Source: an uncultured Pseudomonadales bacterium
Lineage (GTDB): Bacteria > Patescibacteriota > Microgenomatia > UBA1400 > PJMF01
Assembly: GCA_964511345.1 (NCBI GenBank)
Contig: CAZEEV010000004.1
Coordinates: forward strand, 19,802 to 83,801
DNA: 64,000 nt
Direction: 5' to 3'
Shown here: piece by piece, positions 1 through 7,621 of the stretch
Numbering within the stretch: the stretch's first letter is position 1
Layout of the letters: every line of letters begins with the position of its first letter
Notes under the pieces: model-generated
Told to the model about the DNA's origin: nothing
Database searches by the model: none
What the model saw: only the letters and a program-made list of their open reading frames with translations
Made by a program: the position numbers and the translations under genes

Positions 1-2297
1 TAAATAATTTTACCTTCTTCATCAGTTGGTCTAGCGCAATCAGCACAGTACAGCTTAGTCAGCGGGTCGTAATAGAAACTATGTTCTTGTAAACTTAAAT
101 CCGTTGCTTCTTCTCCTTCTTTTGGAGGTAAACCAGTTTCAGCACGAATCCAATATTCTTTACGAAATGTACCGGAATAACTGGGTTTAGAGCTCTCCCA
201 GTACAATTCTTGACCTTTGGATTCACAGCTGGCAATGGGGTCAGTATCAGTGTTAGTGGAGGTAATACTAGTTTCATCATCGCCACTACTGACCAAAAGG
301 GTACCTAATCCTGCTTCTGAAGGCATGCCAGTGAGACAGACATTGCCGATTTTAACGTCACTGGGTTTATCTAACCAAATAGTTTCTTGATCTTGCAAAA
401 TATATGCCATGATATCGTGCCAAATGGGTGCTGCGCCAGTGATACCAGAGGCCAAATAGCTCATAGGTTTACTATTGTTATTACCAACCCAAACGATAGT
501 CAAATACTCTGGAGTATAGCCTACGGTCCAGTTATCTTTCAGATCGTTAGTAGTGCCTGTTTTAGCTGAGACGACTTTATTTTTGATGACTAATTCTGAA
601 TTAGTACCAAAGGCATTTTGGCGGGCATTATTATCTTGCAAAATGTGACTAGTCAGATATGCAGGGGCCCTTTCCATCACTCTTTTTGCAACACCATGCG
701 TATCAACTAAATCATTCTCTGTTAAATATAACAGGTCGTTTTTAGCTGACTCTGAATCATATTTTTCTAAAATTTCTCCCTTATAGTTACTAATTTCCAA
801 AATGCCGGTTAAAGGCACTCTGACGCCTTGGTTGGCTAGAACCCCAAAGGCCTCTGCCAATTCAATCATTTTGACCTCGCCTCCGCCCAAAGTTAGGGAC
901 AAACCATAATTGGCAGGGTCAGTCCAGGTGTTAATACCCATGAGTTTGGCTTGATTAATAAAAGTCTCAATACCAATGGTAGCCAGAGCCTTAACAGCAG
1001 GAATGTTAAGAGAGTTACCTAGAGATTGACGAATCGTCACTGGTCCCATGAAAGCACCTGTGTAATTTTTTGGACAATAATCTTTTTGACCGATCACTCT
1101 AAAACAAGTGGGCACATCTAGCAACATTGATCCAGGATTAAGAGTTTTTTGGGCAAAAGCTGTTGCGTACATAATAGGTTTGATAGATGAACCAGGTTGA
1201 CGGAGAGCTAGAGTGACATTGACTTGACCATCTCCTTCATTATCAAAATAGTCTTTTGAGCCAATCATGGCTAAAATTTCTCCGCTATTGGGTTTAGCTA
1301 CTATTGCGGCGCCGTTTCCCACTTTCATGTTGGTTAATTTTTTCACTTCACTTGATAAAGAGGCTTGAGCGGCCTCTTGTAGATCCAAGTCCAGAGTAGT
1401 CTTGACGCGCAAGCCACCGGTTTCAACCATCTTTTCACCATATTTAGTGTAGAGCAGGTCTTTGATATAAAAAACAAAATGAGGAGCTTTGATATCATCT
1501 TTTTTAATAGCGAAGTTAAGTACTTCGTTGCCTGCAGTTTCTGCTTCTGCTGTAGTAATGTATTTATCTTCTACCATGCGTCTTAACACTTCTTTTTGGC
1601 GGTTCTTACCTTTTTCTGGATTAGATCCAAATGGTGAATAAACAGTAGGAGCTTGAGGCAGACCAGCCAAAAGACTGGCTTCTGCCAAACTTAAATCTTT
1701 GGCCGACTTATTAAAGTATTTATTGGCGGCTGCTTCGACGCCCACTGCAGTGCCACCATAAGAAATATAATTGAGATACATTTCCAAAATTTCTTTTTTA
1801 CTATAAAGAACTTCTGTCATGACGGCTAAGACCGCTTCTTTGATTTTTCTTTGAAAAGTTTTCTCTTTGGTGAGTAAGGCATTTTTGACTAATTGCTGAG
1901 TGATGGTGGAGCCACCCTGCAGACTGCCACTTTTGAAGTTTTTCAAACCAGCACGTACTAAACCACTTAAATCTAAACCGTGATGTGAATAAAATTTTTT
2001 ATCTTCTATAGCGACCGTTGCTTGTAAAACATGGGCAGGTAAATCGTCTATATTGATAGGAATGCGATTTTCGTTACCATAAATCTCATAAAGAAGAGTG
2101 CCATTGCGATCGAAAATTTGGGTGCTGACTGGAAAATTTTCGTTAGCAGTTAAATTATTAGGAGAAGGAAGCTGCTTGTATAAATAGATCAAAATAGCTA
2201 CAAAAATGAATAAGCTTATCCACAGAATAAACTGATAAGAACGTTTATTTTTAGTTCTCTTATTTCTTTTTTTTTCGAATAAAAGAAAGGGATTCAT
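1..2297 (-). CDS. Class A penicillin-binding protein (transglycosylase/transpeptidase); 3' end reaches the window edge
   Basis: Manual translation from ATG 2297: MNPFLLFEKK..TM..LPSPNNL..QIFDRNGTLLYEIY; AIEDKKFY, GGSTITQQLVKN, RQPGSSIKP (SxxK), KTGT motifs. Not in the ORF track because no stop codon lies inside the window. Confidence 0.93.
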   Translation of the reverse strand, partial: MNPFLLFEKKRNKRTKNKRSYQFILWISLFIFVAILIYLYKQLPSPNNLTANENFPVSTQIFDRNGTLLYEIYGNENRIPINIDDLPAHVLQATVAIEDKKFYSHHGLDLSGLVRAGLKNFKSGSLQGGSTITQQLVKNALLTKEKTFQRKIKEAVLAVMTEVLYSKKEILEMYLNYISYGGTAVGVEAAANKYFNKSAKDLSLAEASLLAGLPQAPTVYSPFGSNPEKGKNRQKEVLRRMVEDKYITTAEAETAGNEVLNFAIKKDDIKAPHFVFYIKDLLYTKYGEKMVETGGLRVKTTLDLDLQEAAQASLSSEVKKLTNMKVGNGAAIVAKPNSGEILAMIGSKDYFDNEGDGQVNVTLALRQPGSSIKPIMYATAFAQKTLNPGSMLLDVPTCFRVIGQKDYCPKNYTGAFMGPVTIRQSLGNSLNIPAVKALATIGIETFINQAKLMGINTWTDPANYGLSLTLGGGEVKMIELAEAFGVLANQGVRVPLTGILEISNYKGEILEKYDSESAKNDLLYLTENDLVDTHGVAKRVMERAPAYLTSHILQDNNARQNAFGTNSELVIKNKVVSAKTGTTNDLKDNWTVGYTPEYLTIVWVGNNNSKPMSYLASGITGAAPIWHDIMAYILQDQETIWLDKPSDVKIGNVCLTGMPSEAGLGTLLVSSGDDETSITSTNTDTDPIASCESKGQELYWESSKPSYSGTFRKEYWIRAETGLPPKEGEEATDLSLQEHSFYYDPLTKLYCADCARPTDEEGKII

Positions 2298-2303
2298 CGT
2301 TTC

Positions 2304-2350
2304 ATTATACCTCACCAGCTATTTTTATTTATTGAGAATTCTATTATAAT
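2304..2350. promoter_or_regulatory. Back-to-back divergent -10 elements (TATAAT on each strand), each 6 nt from an ATG
   Basis: TATAAT on - strand at 2309-2304 with ATG at 2297; TATAAT on + strand at 2345-2350 with ATG at 2357; no SD on either side. Confidence 0.6.
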
Positions 2351-2356
2351 CACCTC

Positions 2357-2836
2357 ATGGATTCACCTCAACAAACTATTTGGTACAGTTATTTAGACTC
2401 CCAGCAAAAAGACTTAGTTGATGTTAGTTTCGCCTTATTGCAGAAAAAAAATTTATTAACTGATTTAAAAGATTTTTCTTTTTTAGTTTTCCCTATGTCT
2501 AAAGCCTATGAAGGTTTTCTAAAAAAAGTTTTTTACGATTTACAATTAATTAGTAAAGACACTTATCAAGGTCGTCGCTTTCGTATTGGACGTGCTTTTA
2601 ATCCAGATATTCGTGAATATCAGAGAGATGAAGATTGGCTTTATGATGATGTAGAGCGTAAATTTGGTAAAGACGTTGCTAGACAATTATGGGAAACTTG
2701 GCTGCAATGTCGCAATCGAGTTTTCCACTTTTTTATTGCTGAGAGACAAACCCTGAGCTTTGATGAAGCGGTGGTAAAGATTAGAATGATTACCAACTCT
2801 ATACAATTAGTAGCAGAACAACTACAGAAAAACTAA
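2357..2836 (+). CDS. HEPN-domain protein resembling the RnlA/LsoA toxin C-terminal domain
   Basis: DFSFLVFPMSKAYEGFLK helix and RNRVFH (Rx4H) motif, comparable to RnlA DYxxLxYPxxRxxEGxLK and RHSLFH. Confidence 0.65.
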   Translation: MDSPQQTIWYSYLDSQQKDLVDVSFALLQKKNLLTDLKDFSFLVFPMSKAYEGFLKKVFYDLQLISKDTYQGRRFRIGRAFNPDIREYQRDEDWLYDDVERKFGKDVARQLWETWLQCRNRVFHFFIAERQTLSFDEAVVKIRMITNSIQLVAEQLQKN

Positions 2837-2867
2837 AGCAAATAACAAATAAGAAGAAAGACAATCT

Positions 2868-3485
2868 ATGCAATATAAATACCAAAACATCACTATTTCT
2901 GGCCTGCCAGGCTGCGGTTCAACGACTTTGCTGAGTTTACTAAGAGAAGAACTGGAAAAAGACCAATGGGTAGGTTTTTCTGGCGGTGAATTTATGCGAG
3001 CTTATGCTGTCGAGAAAGGTTTATTTAATCCTGCTCAATCTACTCACCATAGCGCCACTGTTTATAATGATGACTTTGATCGTCAAGTGGATTATGGTAT
3101 CAGAGAAAAAGTTAGTACAGGAGAGAAATGGATTATCGAATCTTGGTTATCTGGTTTTATGGCACAAAATGTTCCCGGTACACTAAAAGTACTCATGACT
3201 TGTAGTGATGATGCGGTCAGAATCGATCGTATTGTCAATCGAGATGACGTGGATGTTGAAGAAGCTAAAAAAAGTATCCACGATCGTTATCAGGGTAATT
3301 TAAACAAATGGCAACGCATGTATCATCAAGAATGGGAAGAATGGGTGGTTAAGACAGGTAAATTGCCAGCAACTGAGCCAATTGATTTTTGGCGTAGCGA
3401 GCTTTACGATTTAGTCATAGATACTTTTTCAAACAATAAAGAAAAGACTCTGCAACTAGTTTTAGATGCCATCAAAAAAAGCTAA
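2868..3485 (+). CDS. Archaeal-type cytidylate kinase family P-loop NMP kinase
   Basis: ITISGLPGCGSTT P-loop, SGGEFMR, DRQVD, IIESWLSG, RIDRIVNRD, YDLVIDT. Confidence 0.75.
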   Translation: MQYKYQNITISGLPGCGSTTLLSLLREELEKDQWVGFSGGEFMRAYAVEKGLFNPAQSTHHSATVYNDDFDRQVDYGIREKVSTGEKWIIESWLSGFMAQNVPGTLKVLMTCSDDAVRIDRIVNRDDVDVEEAKKSIHDRYQGNLNKWQRMYHQEWEEWVVKTGKLPATEPIDFWRSELYDLVIDTFSNNKEKTLQLVLDAIKKS

Positions 3486-4140
3486 AAAAAGTACCATTAA
3501 TAGCAAAAGACATGAGGTATTTCTACCTCTTTTAGTTTTAACTTTTTTGTTGTGGATTTTTTATCGTTCTATTTTTCATTTTCCTATTTGGTTCGATGAA
3601 AGCATTGGTAAGCTAGTTTTTTTTGCTTTGCCAGTTTTGCTTTATGTTTCCATATCAGGAAATACTTCAATCTTTGCTACTTTTTCTTTCAAAAAATTGA
3701 AACCTGGCTTGTTGTTGGGTTTGGCGATAGGAGGTATTTTTGGTTTTGTAGGTGCTTTAGTTGGAGCCTTAAGTAAAGGTGGAGAAGTGATCTTTTTACC
3801 TCATTATTTTGCTGATTGGTTTTGGCGAGAAATGTTTTTAGCAGTAATGACTGGTTTTTGGGAAACTTTATTTTTCTTTAGTTTTGTCATGATTATTATT
3901 GAAGAGAAATTTCATTATTTTTCTGTGATGAAACAAGTGGCTCTAGTGGCTTTGATTTTTCTCTTATTTCATTTACCTAATACTATCACTCGGTTTGAAT
4001 CCACTAACTTATTTTTTCAAATCTTTTTACTTTTTGTTTTTGCTTGTGGTCAGGCTTTAATTTTTTATCAAAGACGTAACGCTTATTTGCTAGTTATGGT
4101 CCAGGCAATTTGGGGTATGGTTTTGTTAACCAATTTTTAA
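3466..4140 (+). CDS. CPBP/CAAX-protease (Abi)-like multi-pass membrane protein with degenerate motifs
   Basis: About 7 TM segments; FWETLFF (EExxxR position), FLLFHL (FxxxH), VQAIWG (HxxxN position). Confidence 0.55.
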   Translation: MPSKKAKKSTINSKRHEVFLPLLVLTFLLWIFYRSIFHFPIWFDESIGKLVFFALPVLLYVSISGNTSIFATFSFKKLKPGLLLGLAIGGIFGFVGALVGALSKGGEVIFLPHYFADWFWREMFLAVMTGFWETLFFFSFVMIIIEEKFHYFSVMKQVALVALIFLLFHLPNTITRFESTNLFFQIFLLFVFACGQALIFYQRRNAYLLVMVQAIWGMVLLTNF

Positions 4141-4146
4141 TTACTT

Positions 4147-4719
4147 ATGAAAAGAATTCATTATTTATTTATTTTGTTTGCTATGGGTTTTGCCAGTTTA
4201 ATTATTTTTGTTTCTTTGCAATCTGCTAATAAAAATAAAATGATTAGCAATGGTAAATTAATGTCGGGTAAATTTTATATAGCGAAAGAAATTTTGCCAG
4301 ATCACTCTTTTTATCCTTTTTTAATGATATTGGACCGTTTACGTTTGGAGTTGGCCGATGCAGAAAAGAGAATAGATCTGTTGGTTTCCAATGCTAACCG
4401 TCGTTTATTTTATAGTAAAAAGTTATTAGAAAAAAATAATCAAGATTTAGCCTTTATCACTTTTAGTAAGGCTATTAAATATATCAATCAGGCTTTAGAG
4501 GAGAATATTTTTCTACTAGAAAAAGCTAGTTTAAATAAAAAACAAGAATATCAAACTACTGCCTTTTTTGTTTTGGAAAATTTTGATAAACAAGCTAGTT
4601 TTTATACAGAATATCAAGCGCAATTTAGTGATGAAGAAAAATCCTTTTTGGATGCGCTCTTTTCTCAGGGTTCTGCTTTGCAAGATAATTTATGTAGTCT
4701 GATGAATCAATCAATTTAA
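4147..4719 (+). CDS. DUF5667-like membrane-anchored protein
   Basis: N-terminal TM followed by ILPDHSFYPFLMILDRLRL..ANRRL signature. Confidence 0.6.
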   Translation: MKRIHYLFILFAMGFASLIIFVSLQSANKNKMISNGKLMSGKFYIAKEILPDHSFYPFLMILDRLRLELADAEKRIDLLVSNANRRLFYSKKLLEKNNQDLAFITFSKAIKYINQALEENIFLLEKASLNKKQEYQTTAFFVLENFDKQASFYTEYQAQFSDEEKSFLDALFSQGSALQDNLCSLMNQSI

Positions 4720-4790
4720 AATTGATATTGTTTGTTATAGTTGACAAGTAACCTGCCCCCGTGAGATTCTTTTAGTCCTGCTTTTATTAA

Positions 4791-4838
4791 CCACAAGATT
4801 TTGTGTTTTAATAGGCCATAAAACACTATAGGTTGGGA
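4791..4838 (+). promoter_or_regulatory. Tandem NrdR boxes
   Basis: CCACAAGATTTTGTGT (4791-4806) and ACACTATAGGTTGGGA (4823-4838) match acaCwAtATaTwGtg, start 32 bp apart, directly upstream of nrdR-nrdJ. Confidence 0.8.
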
Positions 4839-4850
4839 CTTGATAAATTT

Positions 4851-5303
4851 ATGCAATGTCCGTTTTGTAAGAGTAATGAAACAGCAGTTATTGATTCACG
4901 AGAGACGGAAAATGGTGATAGTGTGAGACGTAGAAGGGTGTGTGAAGCATGTAAACAACGTTTCACTACTTACGAAAGAGTTGAAGGTGTGGATTTAAAA
5001 GTAATTAAGAAAGATGGAGCGCAAGAGAACTTTGACAGAGAGAAAATTAAGAGAGGTTTGATTAAGGCTACCTGGAAACGTCCGGTTAGTATGCTACAAA
5101 TAGAACTCTTAATAGAAGATGTGGAAGCTAAATTACGTCAAAGAGAGGTTTTTGAGGTTAAGAGTTGGGAAATTGGTAACTTGGTACTCAATCGCCTCAA
5201 AAAGCTCGATCCACTTTCCTATCTGCTTTTCGCCAGTGTTTATCGAGATTTTGGCGAATTAGAGGATTTTGAAAATGAAATTAAAAAATTGAAAGAGGAT
5301 TAA
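4851..5303 (+). CDS. nrdR: Transcriptional repressor NrdR
   Basis: MQCPFC..VIDSR..VRRRRVCEACKQRFTTYE zinc ribbon plus ATP cone; ATG at 4851. Confidence 0.97.
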   Translation: MQCPFCKSNETAVIDSRETENGDSVRRRRVCEACKQRFTTYERVEGVDLKVIKKDGAQENFDREKIKRGLIKATWKRPVSMLQIELLIEDVEAKLRQREVFEVKSWEIGNLVLNRLKKLDPLSYLLFASVYRDFGELEDFENEIKKLKED

Positions 5304-5386
5304 CTCAGTCGCAAATGGTCTTATGTTAAAGAATTGAGTTAATTCCTAATATCAATAAAGGAATTAAAAAAAGGAAAGATTTATAT

Positions 5387-7576
5387 ATGACGCAAAAAGT
5401 CACTAGCAATCAGTTGCCTAAAAAGAAAATGAAATTTGTTGATCGTAAACTTTCTAAAGGTTTGGGGGAAGCTGTGGCTAAGCGTACTATTTTACGTACT
5501 AAAGAGAATGGTGAATTAGAAACTTGGGCTGATGTAGCTCGTCGCGTAGCTTTGGGTAACGCTGCTTTATTGCCAGAGAAATTCAAAAAAGATCGCAAGG
5601 GCGAATATGAATTATTGCGTAAGCATATTGCTAATGCTTCGCTTTTAATGAGTGGTCGCCACTTGCAACATGGTGATGAGAGTCAACCAGAGCGCAACAT
5701 GGAAGTTTTTACCAATTGTAGCACTGCTTCCTCTTCATTCTTGCTTTTTTATTTGCTTTTAAATGGTTCTGGCGTCGGTCGTGCTTATGATGACGCTTTG
5801 ATGGTGGTTGATTGGGATTACATGCCCATTGTTCGTTGCGTCTTAAGTGATGAGCACGCTGACTTTGTGTGGGGTGATGATGAAAGTACCCGTGAAGCTC
5901 ACCATAAATATGAAAATGCCCATTGGTTTGAAATTCCTGATACGAGAGAAGGTTGGGCTCAAGCGGTCGAAAAAATCGAAGAGATGGCTTACGAACGCAA
6001 ATTTAAAAATGACACTCTAATCTTAGATTTTACCAAAGTGAGAGCAAAAGGTTCGCCGATTGGTGGTATGCAAGGACGCCCAGCTTCTGGCCCACGTCCT
6101 TTAATTAAAGCCATTCAAAAAGTAGCAACAATCAAAGGTTCTGGCATGAAACCTTGGAAACAAGCTCTTTATGTCGATCATTATTTATCTGAATGTGTTT
6201 TAGTCGGTGGCGCTCGTCGTGCGGCTCGTATTGCCGTTAAAACTTGGACTGATCCAGATATTTTTGATTTTATCAGTATTAAAAAAGGTGGCTTTTTATG
6301 GTCAGCTAACAACAGTGTGGCAGTGGATGAGAAGTTTTGGAAACAACGTAGTTTGCATTCGATGAAGGTTTTAGATGCTGTGATGCGCGCTTCTTACTTT
6401 GATAAAACTGGTGAACCTGGTTTTGTGAATCAGCATAAATTGGTGCAAAACGACGATGGTTTTGATGGCTATTTAGATGGTGCTTATGCACGCAGTAAGA
6501 AGTTTGCTCCCATGAAGAAAACAGTCAAAATGCTAGCCGAAGTGGCGAGACATGCTGGAGCTAAATATTACACTCAAATCCCCAATCCCTGTGGTGAAAT
6601 TACTCTTAATATGTTAGGTGGTTATTGCGTGATTGCTGACGTGGTGCCTTATCATGCCCCAGATGTTGAAGCAGCTGAAGAAGCTTTTCGTGTGGCTACT
6701 CGGGCGCTGATGAGAGTCAATACTTATATGGACAGTTTATATTCTCGTGAAGTGAAGAGAACCAATCGTATTGGCGTTGGCATGACTGGGATTCACGAAT
6801 ATGCTTGGAATGCCTTTGGTTTGGCTTTTAGAGACTTAATTGATGAAGAAAAAGCTAAGGATTTCTGGATGACGATTGCTAGATTTAAACGAGCTGTTCA
6901 GGAAGAATCTATTAGTTATGCTAAGAAAATTGGGGCGAACGTTCCTCATACTAATACTACTATTAAACCAGCTGGTACAACTTCTAAGCTTTTCAGTCTT
7001 TCTGAAGGAGCTCATTTACCAGCCATGCGCGAATATATTCGTTGGGTGCAATTTAGTAGCGATGATCCATTAGTTAAAAAATATCAAAAATTAGGCTATC
7101 CAAGTAAAGAACTAAAAAGCTATCAGGGCACTACGGTAATTGGTTTTCCTACTCAGCCAGAAATTTGTAGTTTAGGGATGAATAGTAAATTGGTGACGGC
7201 CAGTGAGGCTACACCAGAAGAACAATATAAATGGTTGATGTTAATCGAAAAATACTGGATTGTAGGTGTTAATGAACAGGGCAAACCTTTAGCTGAAGAC
7301 AAAGGTAATCAAGTTTCTTACACTCTCAAATATGATCCAGAAAAGGTATCTTATCGTAAGTTTTCTAGTATGATTCGAAAATATCAGCCTTTAATTAAAA
7401 CTTGCAGTGTGATGCCAAAAATTGATGTCACAGCCTATGAGTATCAACCTGAAGAGGCTGTCACTATTGGGCAATTTATGCAAGTGATTAATGAAATTAG
7501 TGACGAAGACAACGAATTATTAGAAGATATTAACTTAGAACATTTGAAGTGCGATAGTGGTGCTTGTCCGATCTAA
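5387..7576 (+). CDS. nrdJ: Class II (adenosylcobalamin-dependent) ribonucleotide reductase, monomeric RTPR-like
   Basis: FTNCS, VGGARRAA, NPCGEI, RIGVGMTG, TIKPAGTTS, C-terminal CDSGACPI; no beta subunit or activase nearby; follows nrdR. Confidence 0.85.
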   Translation: MTQKVTSNQLPKKKMKFVDRKLSKGLGEAVAKRTILRTKENGELETWADVARRVALGNAALLPEKFKKDRKGEYELLRKHIANASLLMSGRHLQHGDESQPERNMEVFTNCSTASSSFLLFYLLLNGSGVGRAYDDALMVVDWDYMPIVRCVLSDEHADFVWGDDESTREAHHKYENAHWFEIPDTREGWAQAVEKIEEMAYERKFKNDTLILDFTKVRAKGSPIGGMQGRPASGPRPLIKAIQKVATIKGSGMKPWKQALYVDHYLSECVLVGGARRAARIAVKTWTDPDIFDFISIKKGGFLWSANNSVAVDEKFWKQRSLHSMKVLDAVMRASYFDKTGEPGFVNQHKLVQNDDGFDGYLDGAYARSKKFAPMKKTVKMLAEVARHAGAKYYTQIPNPCGEITLNMLGGYCVIADVVPYHAPDVEAAEEAFRVATRALMRVNTYMDSLYSREVKRTNRIGVGMTGIHEYAWNAFGLAFRDLIDEEKAKDFWMTIARFKRAVQEESISYAKKIGANVPHTNTTIKPAGTTSKLFSLSEGAHLPAMREYIRWVQFSSDDPLVKKYQKLGYPSKELKSYQGTTVIGFPTQPEICSLGMNSKLVTASEATPEEQYKWLMLIEKYWIVGVNEQGKPLAEDKGNQVSYTLKYDPEKVSYRKFSSMIRKYQPLIKTCSVMPKIDVTAYEYQPEEAVTIGQFMQVINEISDEDNELLEDINLEHLKCDSGACPI

Positions 7577-7621
7577 TTTGACTACTTGTGAATGATTTTT
7601 TCATGCTAAAATATCGCCATT

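Noticed and set aside
95-569. ORF-track ORFs 95-286(-) and 387-569(+)
   Set aside because: Shadow frames inside the PBP gene at 1-2297(-).
2216-2224. Perfect DnaA box TTATCCACA
   Set aside because: Single copy inside a coding region; no cluster or dnaA nearby, so not oriC.
5299-5386. Possible cobalamin riboswitch before nrdJ
   Set aside because: Only about 80 nt with one short stem; no B12-box or GGGAA core.
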